The notes beneath the pieces are model-generated. The model worked only from the letters and a program-made list of their open reading frames with translations, searched no databases and was not told where the DNA came from. This document shows positions 1 through 8,158 of a stretch of DNA of 64,000 bases, one piece after another. The number at the start of each line of letters is the position of its first letter. The stretch's first letter is position 1. Source of the stretch: Candidatus Tanganyikabacteria bacterium (GTDB lineage Bacteria > Cyanobacteriota > Sericytochromatia > S15B-MN24 > VGJW01); NCBI GenBank assembly GCA_016867235.1, contig VGJY01000002.1, positions 2,647-66,646 of the forward strand, written 5' to 3'. Position numbers and translations under genes: made by a program.

Positions 1-150
1 TCGAATTCCCGATAGACCTGCCGGGAGTCCGCCGACACGATTTCCCCGCCCAGCCGCTCGGCCAGCTCCAGCGCCAGTGCGGACTTCCCCGCCGCGGTCG
101 GCCCGCCGATCACGACCAGCGGTGGCCGGCCCGGCTCTCTCCCGGTCCTA
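1..150 (-). CDS. miaA: tRNA dimethylallyltransferase MiaA, N-terminal part; the gene continues beyond the window start
   Basis: The minus-strand translation reads [39 protein letters not shown], the P-loop and SADSRQVY signature of the MiaA N-terminus. The start codon is not resolved; a GTG near 198-200 would overlap the upstream gene. The 3' part lies outside the window. Confidence 0.6.
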
Positions 151-783
151 ATCCCTGCCCTCCAGCAGCGGCCGGAAGCGCCACATGACCTGGGCGTCAC
201 CGGGCCGCCCCGCGACGTGGAGCGTGAGCTGGCGCGTGTGGGTCGTGATCAGGCGCCGCCCGTCGATGGTGGTCCGGGGAAACCAGACGCGGAACTCCCC
301 GACCCAGTCGGCCGCATCGCGGGTCGTCGCGAGGCTGCCGATCTCGACCGGCAGCAGCGTGTTGCCCTGGTCGTCGGTCAGCGTGAAGGCCCAGCCGCTC
401 GTGGGCTCCAGGGTCGCCTGCCGGTGGAAGTGCTTGTTGAAGCGCCAGCGGATCCGGATCGGCAGCCGGCTGCCTCCCTTGAACATCGCCTCCCAGCCTT
501 GTTCGGCCGCCTTGCCCGGCCGGCCGGGGCTGCCGCTGCGCGACGCCTCGTAGGCAAGCTGCGCCGCGTACACGGCTGGATCCTCCAGGATCGCCGCGAT
601 GTGGCCCTCAAGCCCCAAGGGTGCGTTGCGCAGCCAGGTATCCTCGACGTCCCGGAACGACGCGGGGTCGGGGAACTCGCGGGGCGGCCGGTAGTCCTCG
701 GAGAGATCCAGGTAGGCGTGCGCACCCGACAGGCAGCCGGCGATGGCCGCGACAGCCAGGAATCCCGACGCCAAGCGCTTCAT
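148..783 (-). CDS. secreted/lipoprotein of unknown function (211 aa)
   Basis: Track ORF 148..819; internal ATG gives [23 protein letters not shown] signal peptide with lipobox-like AGC; protein-like composition. Confidence 0.55.
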   Translation of the reverse strand: MKRLASGFLAVAAIAGCLSGAHAYLDLSEDYRPPREFPDPASFRDVEDTWLRNAPLGLEGHIAAILEDPAVYAAQLAYEASRSGSPGRPGKAAEQGWEAMFKGGSRLPIRIRWRFNKHFHRQATLEPTSGWAFTLTDDQGNTLLPVEIGSLATTRDAADWVGEFRVWFPRTTIDGRRLITTHTRQLTLHVAGRPGDAQVMWRFRPLLEGRD

Positions 784-854
784 CCTGCGCAGATCGTAGC
801 AGACGCGTGCAGGCGCCACCGCGCCGTATGGCTCCGTGGGTTATGTTTTGATGC

Positions 855-1544
855 GTGACCGCCAGACCGCCCGCGCTCTTCCCGGTGATCGTCGCCGGGA
901 TGCTTTGCCTGGTCATGGCGTACGTGCCGGGCTTCGACATCGTGCTCTACCCGCTCCGCCTCCTCACGACGATGGTCCACGAAGGCGGTCATGCGCTCGC
1001 GACGCTGGCCACGGGCGGGCAGGTCGTCGCGGTCACGATCGAGCCCGACGGGAGCGGACTCACGCGGTCGCTCGGCGGCTGGCGCCCCCTCATCCTGTCA
1101 GCCGGCTACCTGGGCACCACCCTGGTGGGCTGCCTCCTGCTGCTGGCGTCCCGGGTCCAGAATCGGGCCACGCTCTTGCTGTTCGTGCTGGGCGCCTCGA
1201 CGCTCGCCCTGACGGTCCTCTTCGGGCGCAACTGGCTCGCCTGGGCCATGGGGATCTTCTGGGGGCTCCTGCTCGCGGGCTGGGCCATGAGGGGCCCGCG
1301 CAAGACACACGGCGTCATGCTGGCATTCCTGGGCATCCAGGGCAGCCTCAACGCCATGACCGACCTGCGCACGCTCTTCGACCTCTCGGTGCGAACGGGC
1401 GCCACCACCGACGCGGCGATGATGAGCCGGGAAATCCTCTGGGGGCTGCTGCCCGCGCCGTTCTGGGCCATCCTCTGGGCGGCGGTCGGCGCCACCGTCA
1501 CGGCGGTGACGCTGCGCGAACTGCTGCGGGCGCCCGGCTCGTGA
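855..1544 (+). CDS. membrane metalloprotease, peptidase M50B-like (HEGGH motif)
   Basis: Track ORF of 229 aa with several hydrophobic segments. A HEGGHAL (HExxH) motif lies in the first TM region, as in M50B-like proteins. Confidence 0.6.
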   Translation: MTARPPALFPVIVAGMLCLVMAYVPGFDIVLYPLRLLTTMVHEGGHALATLATGGQVVAVTIEPDGSGLTRSLGGWRPLILSAGYLGTTLVGCLLLLASRVQNRATLLLFVLGASTLALTVLFGRNWLAWAMGIFWGLLLAGWAMRGPRKTHGVMLAFLGIQGSLNAMTDLRTLFDLSVRTGATTDAAMMSREILWGLLPAPFWAILWAAVGATVTAVTLRELLRAPGS

Positions 1545-1894
1545 GACGCCTCGGCCTGGCCCTCGCGCCGGCCCTGGCCGTGCTTGCGGTCGCTTGCCAG
1601 ACCGAGGGAGGCTTCGTCGAGTTCGACCCGTGTTGCAAGAAGCCTTACGAGGATGCCTATCCGGGAAACGAGATCCGCATCGAGACCTGCACTGACGGTC
1701 ACTCATGCGAGGCGGCGGCCGAGCGCCTGACCCGCGACGGCTGGATCCTGGTGGAGTACGGCCGGCGCCGTGCCGACGTGGGCGCCAGCTTCGCCTACGT
1801 CTGGCGCCGCCCGAAGCCGACTCCCACCCCGCGGCCCACTTCCACTCCCCGGCCGGCCGAAACTCCGAGCCCGGCGCCTTCCGCCTCCAGCTGA
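1541..1894 (+). CDS. small lipoprotein with Pro/Thr-rich C-terminus
   Basis: A GTG start overlaps the stop of the previous gene. The N-terminus reads VRRLGLALAPALAVLAVACQTE, a lipobox, followed by PTPTPRPTSTPRP low complexity. The frame is the tail of track ORF 836..1894. Confidence 0.45.
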   Translation: MRRLGLALAPALAVLAVACQTEGGFVEFDPCCKKPYEDAYPGNEIRIETCTDGHSCEAAAERLTRDGWILVEYGRRRADVGASFAYVWRRPKPTPTPRPTSTPRPAETPSPAPSASS

Positions 1895-1935
1895 CCTCGA
1901 TCGAATGGCCCGCGCTGCCCGGGCGCAGGCACGGC

Positions 1936-2022
1936 GGCCTGCGCCACCGATGGGGGAGGGGGGCCGGCCTCCGCAGGCCTGCGCCACCGATGGGGGGCGT
2001 GGGGCCGGCCTCCGTGCCGGCC
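1936..2022. repeat. REP-like palindromic element, two tandem units of about 40 bp
   Basis: The unit ggcctgcgccaccgatggggg...ggggccggcctccg occurs twice in tandem between the convergent genes ending at 1894 and 2055. An inverted third copy lies at 63447-63521. Confidence 0.6.
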
Positions 2023-2054
2023 TCGATGCCGGAGAGAGGTCAAGCGAGCCGCGA

Positions 2055-3590
2055 TCAGCGCGCGTCCAGCACGCGCAACTGCAGCGCCTCCTTGAGGTCG
2101 TCGGAGCGGATCTCGTCGCGGCCGGCCAGGTCGGCGAGGGTGCGCGCCACCTTGAGCACCCGGTCGTAGGTGCGCGCGGTGAGGCCGAGTTGCCGGATGG
2201 CGCCGGCCAGCACCCGCTCGCTCGCCGCGTCGAGCCGGCAGTGCTGGCGCAGCTCCCGGCCCACCATCTGGCCGTTGCAGACGATCCGGCCGCCGCGGCC
2301 CTGGAACCGCCGGCCCTGCCGGGCCCGCGCCTCGCGCACGCGCTCCCGCACCACGGCGCTGGGCTCGCCCTGCGGCGCGGCCATGATCTGCTCGGCCTCT
2401 AGCCGGGGCACCTCGATGTGCAGGTCGAGCCGATCGACCAGCGGCCCGGAGATTCGCGACCAGTACCGGGCCACGCGATCCACCCCGCACGTGCAGGTCT
2501 TGACGCGATCGCCCGAGTAGCCGCACGGGCACGGGTTCATCGCCGCGGCCAGCGAGAAGTCTGCCGGATATGCGACCGTCGCGCGCGCCCGGCTGATAAC
2601 GACCCGCCTGTCCTCCAGGGGCTGGCGCAGCACCTCGAGCGTGCCGCGCGAGAATTCCCCGAGTTCGTCCAGGAAGAGCACCCCGCGGTGCGCCAGCGAG
2701 ACCTCGCCCGGGCGCGGCGCGCTGCTGCCGCCCACCAGGCCGGCGCACGAGATGCTGTGGTGGGGCGACCGGAATGGCGGGCGGCTCTCGAGGACGCCTC
2801 GCGATTCGAGCAGGCCGCCCACGCTGTATATTGCCGTCACCTCCAGGGCCTCGGGCGGCGTGAGCGGCGGCAGGATCGACGGAATGCGCCGCGCGAGCAT
2901 CGATTTGCCGGACCCGGGCGGGCCGATGAACAGCAGGTTGTGGCCGCCCGCGGCGGCGATCTCGACCGCCCGGCGCGCGCCGGGTTGTCCCTTGATGTCC
3001 GCCAGATCCGCCTCCATCCCGGGCGGCTCGGCCGCCGCGTCGCTCGCGACCTGCTCCGCCGGCCGCACGGCCGCCGGCTCTCGCAGGAAGGCGACCACTT
3101 CCTGGAGGGTCTCGAACGCGAAGACGTCGAGGCCCCCGACCAGCAAGGCCTCGGGCGCGGCCGGACGCGCGACGACCAGGGCCTGGCCCCAGCGCCGCGC
3201 CTCGATCGCCACGGGCAGTACGCCCGCGACCCTGCGGACGGAGCCGTCGAGCGCGAGTTCGCCCAGGAAGACGTAGCGGCCCAGATCCCCGGCGCCGAGG
3301 CTGTCCGCCGCTGCCAGCAACCCGATGGCGATCGGCAAGTCGAAGCCGGGACCGGCCTTGCGCAGGTGGGCGGGCGCCAGGTTGACCGTGATGCGGGTGC
3401 CGGGGGGATCGAACCCCGAGTTTCGCAAGGCCGCCCGGACGCGCTCCTTGCTCTCGTTGACCGCGGCATCGGGCAGACCCACGATGAGGAAGTTGGGCAG
3501 GCCGTTGGCCACGTCCACCTCGACGGCGACGACGACGCCCTGGATGCCCAGGGTCGCCCCTCCGGAAACTGTTGCTTGCATGATTCGCAT
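2055..3590 (-). CDS. comM: YifB/ComM family Mg-chelatase-like AAA+ ATPase
   Basis: Track ORF of 511 aa. It has a Lon-like N-domain, a Walker A motif GPPGSGKSML, the CPCG...C zinc motif and a C-terminal Mg_chelatase_C-like region. Confidence 0.85.
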   Translation of the reverse strand: MRIMQATVSGGATLGIQGVVVAVEVDVANGLPNFLIVGLPDAAVNESKERVRAALRNSGFDPPGTRITVNLAPAHLRKAGPGFDLPIAIGLLAAADSLGAGDLGRYVFLGELALDGSVRRVAGVLPVAIEARRWGQALVVARPAAPEALLVGGLDVFAFETLQEVVAFLREPAAVRPAEQVASDAAAEPPGMEADLADIKGQPGARRAVEIAAAGGHNLLFIGPPGSGKSMLARRIPSILPPLTPPEALEVTAIYSVGGLLESRGVLESRPPFRSPHHSISCAGLVGGSSAPRPGEVSLAHRGVLFLDELGEFSRGTLEVLRQPLEDRRVVISRARATVAYPADFSLAAAMNPCPCGYSGDRVKTCTCGVDRVARYWSRISGPLVDRLDLHIEVPRLEAEQIMAAPQGEPSAVVRERVREARARQGRRFQGRGGRIVCNGQMVGRELRQHCRLDAASERVLAGAIRQLGLTARTYDRVLKVARTLADLAGRDEIRSDDLKEALQLRVLDAR

Positions 3591-3606
3591 TGAATCATGT
3601 CGTCAA

Positions 3607-3715
3607 GGAGTGGGCAAGGCCCTCCCGGCCAGCGCTTCCTGGTAGGCCAGCATCGTCAGGCCGAACATCTGCTGCTTGAAGTCGTCGAGGGAGTTGCCGA
3701 ACGGGGGGAGCGGCA
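3607..3715. repeat. 109-bp perfect direct repeat, copy 1; an orphan duplicate of the 3' end of the gene at 8155-9063
   Basis: It is identical over 109 bp to 8159-8267. On the minus strand it would encode ...PLPPFGNSLDDFKQQMFGLTMLAYQEALAGRALPTP*, the C-terminus of the 302-aa protein. Confidence 0.8.
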
Positions 3716-3830
3716 CACTCGGCTTGACCTGGCTGGGCGAGCTTTGAACTCTGTTGCTAGGGCTGGGGCCGACTCTACCGATCTAGGCGAGGCCACAACC
3801 ACCGTTAGCCCTACCACTGACAGTAGTTGC

Positions 3831-5549
3831 TCAGAACGAGAGCGCCGGTCGGAACCCGAGACCGTCATCGGTCACCGAACGCCCATATCCGAGGACGTGG
3901 CACCAGAGCCCCGCCTTTCCCCCATAGTAAAACGATCCGCCACGCGTCGCCTTCTTGTTGACATCGAGACTCTTTCCAAAGTAATCGCCGGCGAAGTAGT
4001 CAATGGGAGACCCATCGGTGGTCGCTGCCAGGCCGAAACGGCGCAGCTGCGGATCCGTTGCAAGGGTCCTAACGTAGTTTCCTCCCGGCGCGGCCAAGGC
4101 CAGAGCGACGTCAAAGATCATGAAGTATCCCGTGGAAGCGGTCAGGCCAATTGTCTCCGTACGCTCCCACACGTTGCCGTTGAGGTCGAAGACACCTTCT
4201 GTAGTGCCAGTGTGGGTCGTGAGGTTGAGTTTGCCAACCCAACTGCTTGCTGTTGCTGTAGCCGAGCCCGTCAGGGCTCGATCATTGGTTGCCGATCCCC
4301 ACGAAATCGTCGGGTCATCCACGAACGTAATGTCAGGGGAGTCGATATCCCTGGCAACCGGGAAAAAGGTCGTGCTGCTTGTCTCAGCGTTGTTGCCAAA
4401 CACCGAAACGCCATTGATCGTTGCCCAGACTGCCATCGCGGTCCACTCCTCGTCGCGCATCAGATGGGCGTGCGCGTCGTAGGCTAGGCAAGTTTGCGCA
4501 GCAGCATCCCAAGTGATCTGGGTCCAAGGCACGCAGTACCTCGCCACCTTTAGACCGCTGGTGCTCCCGGCCGAAGCGCCTGCGCCGGTCGTTGGGTTCC
4601 CCGGCGTCGCGTCCGACCGGCTAGCTTCGTACTTGCCAGCGTAGAACCCGCCGAAGCGTTCCTCGGCCCAGTCCACGTCCTTGGTCCCGACGGTCGGCCT
4701 GTTGCCCACCCAGTACCCCACCGGCTTGGTCGTGTTGTCGCCGCCGCAGTTGGCCGGAACGATCAACTGGTAGGCCACGAAGTTGGGGATCCAGACAAAG
4801 GTGCTCTGCACGGCGCCCTTGGTCACGATGTAGTCGTGATGCTGCGTCGGGTCGCCGATGTCGTCGGGCGCCAGGTTCCCCAGGATCGTCTGGTAGAACT
4901 GCCCTGTCGTTCCGTTGAATGCCAGGTTCGCGAGCGGATCCAGGTCGGCACTCAGCATCGTCTGGACCAGGCTCTTGGCCTGGTTGAACTCGGCGGCCGA
5001 CCCGTTGGCGACCGGCGAGTACGAGGCGCCATTGACCGATTCGATGAGATCGGCTGCGCTCACTTGCTGCCCGGAGGCCAGCGCGAGTTTGAGCCCGAAA
5101 ATCCCGCATAGCGCGGTCGTGGAGGTGCTCAGCGTTGCCCCTCCGGCGGTGATCGCCTGCCAGGCCGTACCGTTGAAGCGGATCAGCGTCCGCAGCCTGG
5201 CGGCGTGCTTGCCCACGGCATTCGGGCCCAGGCCCTTGACCGCCTCCAGGATGTAGATCCGGTTGACGACCGGTACGTAGGACCCGAACGACAGCGAAAA
5301 TGACCCACCCGCGTCGCTCAGCGTCGTGGCAATCGCCGCACTGGTGGTCGTGTCGACGAAGGCGATGGTCGCCCCGACCGCCACGTCGGCCGCCGTGGCC
5401 AGGACCGTCCGGCGCAGGTCGGCCAGGTCGATGCGCCCGACGATCGGCGGAACTGCCTCGTCCACGTCCGAGGTCCCGGCCGGCCGGCCGGCCGGCGGGG
5501 AACACGCTGCCAGGAGTACGGCAGCCAACAGCGCGGCGAGCAGGTTCAT
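3831..5549 (-). CDS. lipoprotein with C-terminal formylglycine-generating-enzyme (FGE/SUMF1) sulfatase-modifying domain
   Basis: Track ORF of 572 aa. The N-terminus MNLLAALLAAVLLAACS carries a lipobox. The C-terminal half has the FGE hallmarks GNVWE...RGGSF...GFRPA. Confidence 0.7.
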   Translation of the reverse strand: MNLLAALLAAVLLAACSPPAGRPAGTSDVDEAVPPIVGRIDLADLRRTVLATAADVAVGATIAFVDTTTSAAIATTLSDAGGSFSLSFGSYVPVVNRIYILEAVKGLGPNAVGKHAARLRTLIRFNGTAWQAITAGGATLSTSTTALCGIFGLKLALASGQQVSAADLIESVNGASYSPVANGSAAEFNQAKSLVQTMLSADLDPLANLAFNGTTGQFYQTILGNLAPDDIGDPTQHHDYIVTKGAVQSTFVWIPNFVAYQLIVPANCGGDNTTKPVGYWVGNRPTVGTKDVDWAEERFGGFYAGKYEASRSDATPGNPTTGAGASAGSTSGLKVARYCVPWTQITWDAAAQTCLAYDAHAHLMRDEEWTAMAVWATINGVSVFGNNAETSSTTFFPVARDIDSPDITFVDDPTISWGSATNDRALTGSATATASSWVGKLNLTTHTGTTEGVFDLNGNVWERTETIGLTASTGYFMIFDVALALAAPGGNYVRTLATDPQLRRFGLAATTDGSPIDYFAGDYFGKSLDVNKKATRGGSFYYGGKAGLWCHVLGYGRSVTDDGLGFRPALSF

Positions 5550-6814
5550 CAGTACCTTAGCGCTGGTCGGAAGCCCATGTCGTAGCCAGCTTCCAAGCGG
5601 CCAGCTGCGAGCCTGAGAGACCAGAGTCCCGCGCGGCTGCCATTGAGCCAGAGTCCGCCGCGCATGTTCTTAGCATTGAATGACGAACTGTCCCAGAAGT
5701 AGTCACCGCCAAAGAGGGCCGCCGCCGAGCCGGAAGTGACCCCCGGGAGACCATTGCGACGCAGCCGGGGATCGGTGGACAGGCCGCTTACGAAGATCCC
5801 GGCTGGCGCCACAACGGGCAATGTGACGTCATTGATTACATACTTGCCGGTCGACTCCAGCCCAACCGTTTCGGAATACTCCCAAACGTTGCCATTGGCG
5901 TCGAAAACGCCATCTGTCGTCCCCGTGTGCGTCGTGAGATTCACGATTCCAGACCACGTGCTGCGCGTAGCCGACGCCGTCAGGGCCCTGTCCTTGCCGC
6001 TCACATTCCACCCGTAGGTCGGGTCGTCGAGGAAGGTAATCTGCGGGTCGTCAATGTCCGCGGGTGCCGCGGGGCTAGCTAGCGCCTACGTCTGTCTCGG
6101 AGTTGTTTCCGTGGACCGTGATGCCGTTGATCGTCGCCCAGACGGCCAAGGTGGTCCACTCGTCGTCTCTAATCAGATGGCAGTGCGCGTCGTAGGCCAG
6201 GCAAGCGAGGGCGGCCTGCTCCCAAGAGAGTTAGTTAGTCCACGGCACACAATACTGCGCCACCTTGAGCGTGCTGCTGCTGCCGGCCGTGGCGCCCGCG
6301 CCCGTCGCTGGATTTCCCGGAGTCGCGTCTGCCCGGCTGGCCTCGTACTTGCCGGCGTAGAACCCGCCAAACTGCTCCCGCGCCCAGTCGACGTTCTGAT
6401 AGCGCCGCTCAGTTGGCCTCGCCCCGCGCGCGCCCACAGGCCCCGGGCCGCAGCGTACTCGGCGCGTACGTGAGGCACGGGGCCGCGGACGTAAGCCGGG
6501 GCCAGGTCAAGTGAGCGGTGCTATCAGTCCCCGTGCTCGGCTGGATCGCCACCCAGTAGCCGACCGGCTTGGTCGTGTTGTCGCCCCCGCAGTTGGCCGG
6601 CACGATCAACTGGTATGCCATGAAGACCGGGATCCACACGAACGTGCTCGCCACCCCGCCCTTCGTCACGATGTAGTCGTGATGCTCGGCCGGCCGGAAG
6701 CGACGCGAGGTCCACCGCCCCGACCAGTGGCAGGATGCCGGCGGGCGACGGGACCGGCGTGGCGAGGGAAGCACAGCCACCCAGCACGACGCCGGCGAGG
6801 AGCGCGCCTCGCAA
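5549..6814 (-). pseudogene. decayed paralogue of the FGE-domain lipoprotein
   Basis: The 5549..6004 ORF aligns to the C-terminal FGE region of the neighbouring gene. Fragments at 6231..6437, 6409..6864 and 6524..6814 align to the middle and N-terminal parts. The frame is broken by in-frame stops around 6074-6090 and 6226-6241 and by a 127-bp insertion near 6396-6522. About 200 aa of the N-terminal half are missing. Confidence 0.65.
6396..6527. mobile_element. 127-bp insertion with imperfect 15-17 bp inverted termini (MITE-like) inside the pseudogene
   Basis: The termini ctgatagcgccgctcag and gtgagcggtgctatcag are near-perfect inverted repeats. The segment is absent from the intact paralogue at the homologous site. 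Its length is not a multiple of 3, so it shifts the frame. Confidence 0.35.
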
Positions 6815-7040
6815 CCTCGCAACCTCGCACTACGTAAGCACCCGCCAGGTAATGATGTTTCCATGTCCAGTACCTTTCTTTACCCGGCCCTGGCGCGAGC
6901 AGGCATTCGTACGGGCCGCCAGAACGACCAAACCTTGGGAAGCAGGTCGAGACCACGCGGTCGCCAGCACAGCCACTCGGGATTGAATCCGCAATCGGCA
7001 GGCACCGCGTCCTGGCTTCGGCCGCCCGCAGCGGCAACTC

Positions 7041-7076
7041 CGTCATGGAGGTGGCAAGGCCCTCCCGGCGAGCGCC
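7041..7076. repeat. degenerate third copy of the core of the 109-bp repeat
   Basis: ggaggtggcaaggccctcccggcgagcgc here matches ggagtgggcaaggccctcccggccagcgc in the repeat. Confidence 0.4.
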
Positions 7077-7179
7077 TCGTGGCTGGTTGCTCAACGCGTC
7101 ACTGAGGGAGCTGCGCCTGGGTTCCGACGTCGATCTCGGCCGGAGATGACACCGCCGCGGGTCCGAGAACGCCGCGAGG

Positions 7180-7539
7180 TCAGGCGAATTCCAGGAAGTT
7201 GGCAGGTGCGTAGAGCCGGCGCTTCCTGAGAGGGGGCGGGGACTCGGCCTCGCACTGCATTCGCAAGTTCTTCATCGTCTCGGCCGATCGCAGGAGGAAA
7301 AACGGCTCCGGTAGCGGACCGACCTTGGCCGTCCAGGGCGGCGCGGCCTGCCCACAACGATCCGCAAGCAACTCGGCGAGCGCAGCCGCCAAGGCGAGCA
7401 ATCCAGGGTCGCTCACATCGTGTGGCGCTTCCCAGTCGCTGATCGACGGCCGCTCGCGCAAGAGATCCTGCACGAGAGATCTCACGGCCAGGGCGTCTCT
7501 GGCGAGTGCCGCCCTGGCCACCTCGTCCAGGCTAGCCAT
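7180..7539 (-). CDS. hypothetical protein (119 aa), downstream partner of the NTase-fold gene
   Basis: Track ORF. Its ATG overlaps the stop of the upstream gene in a cATGGctag arrangement, which suggests a translationally coupled pair. Confidence 0.45.
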   Translation of the reverse strand: MASLDEVARAALARDALAVRSLVQDLLRERPSISDWEAPHDVSDPGLLALAAALAELLADRCGQAAPPWTAKVGPLPEPFFLLRSAETMKNLRMQCEAESPPPLRKRRLYAPANFLEFA

Positions 7540-8158
7540 GGGCTTCCTCCCAGAGATCGTCGAAAGCGTATTGCGCCTTCAGTTCTGTTCCGGGTGGCAA
7601 GAACCGGCTGACGGCACCCCAGACTACTTCCTTGGCACCAAGGCCCATGGTTTCTTGTAGCAGGATCCTCGCATCCGAGACGTCGACGTCATCTCGCCAG
7701 GCACAGAGCTTCATCGCCAGGAGCTGTGATGCGCCCGGTCTCCGTACTTCGATTCCTGGGAAAGCCAACACGACCGGCCCGTCGCTGATGCCCACCAGAT
7801 ACCCCTTGGCGCCGTCGTTTAGCCAGTCGGCAGGCCAGCCGTACTCCTCTGCCACGAGTCCCACCAGATCGCGCAACGCCGATGTCGAGGCTGCGTCCAA
7901 TGCGATGGCGTCAACGTCTTTGGTCGAGTCTCTGGCATCGAAGGCAAGGGCCATCAAAGCCCCACCGACCAGAAGCAGCCTCAGCTCCACGCCGCGAGCG
8001 GCGGCCAGGGCTCCAAGGCGCTCAAGTGCCGAGCGGATCTCGGCCTTCGTGAGTGTTGCCACAAGGTCAACTATAAACCCGGTCGCTGAATCGTTCCGTG
8101 GCCTTCCCGGGGCCAGCCGCCCAGGCCTTGCTCGAGGCGCAGCAGGGAAGAAGGTCAC
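7532..8158 (-). CDS. nucleotidyltransferase-fold protein (minimal NTase motif), DUF6036-like
   Basis: Track ORF of 208 aa. The VGGALMALAFDARDSTKDVD stretch fits the hG[GS]x9-13Dx[DE] polymerase-beta/MNT signature. The true start may be internal. Confidence 0.4.
   Translation of the reverse strand: MTFFPAAPRARPGRLAPGRPRNDSATGFIVDLVATLTKAEIRSALERLGALAAARGVELRLLLVGGALMALAFDARDSTKDVDAIALDAASTSALRDLVGLVAEEYGWPADWLNDGAKGYLVGISDGPVVLAFPGIEVRRPGASQLLAMKLCAWRDDVDVSDARILLQETMGLGAKEVVWGAVSRFLPPGTELKAQYAFDDLWEEAHG

Noticed and set aside
150-200. GTG at about 198-200 as a possible miaA start that would overlap the upstream lipoprotein gene by about 50 nt.
   Set aside because: The start cannot be decided from sequence alone. 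miaA is annotated as partial with an uncertain start.
3597-4487. 296-aa plus-strand ORF starting at the repeat copy.
   Set aside because: It is antisense to the well-supported FGE-domain lipoprotein gene and has no motifs. Its 5' end is the reverse complement of a duplicated gene terminus.
6074-6090. The self-complementary gctagctagc and three-frame TAG cluster looked like a synthetic stop cassette or cloning scar.
   Set aside because: The window shows no flanking vector-like sequence or selection marker. It is more plausibly a mutational hotspot in a decaying pseudogene. It is flagged under the pseudogene finding instead of being called engineered.
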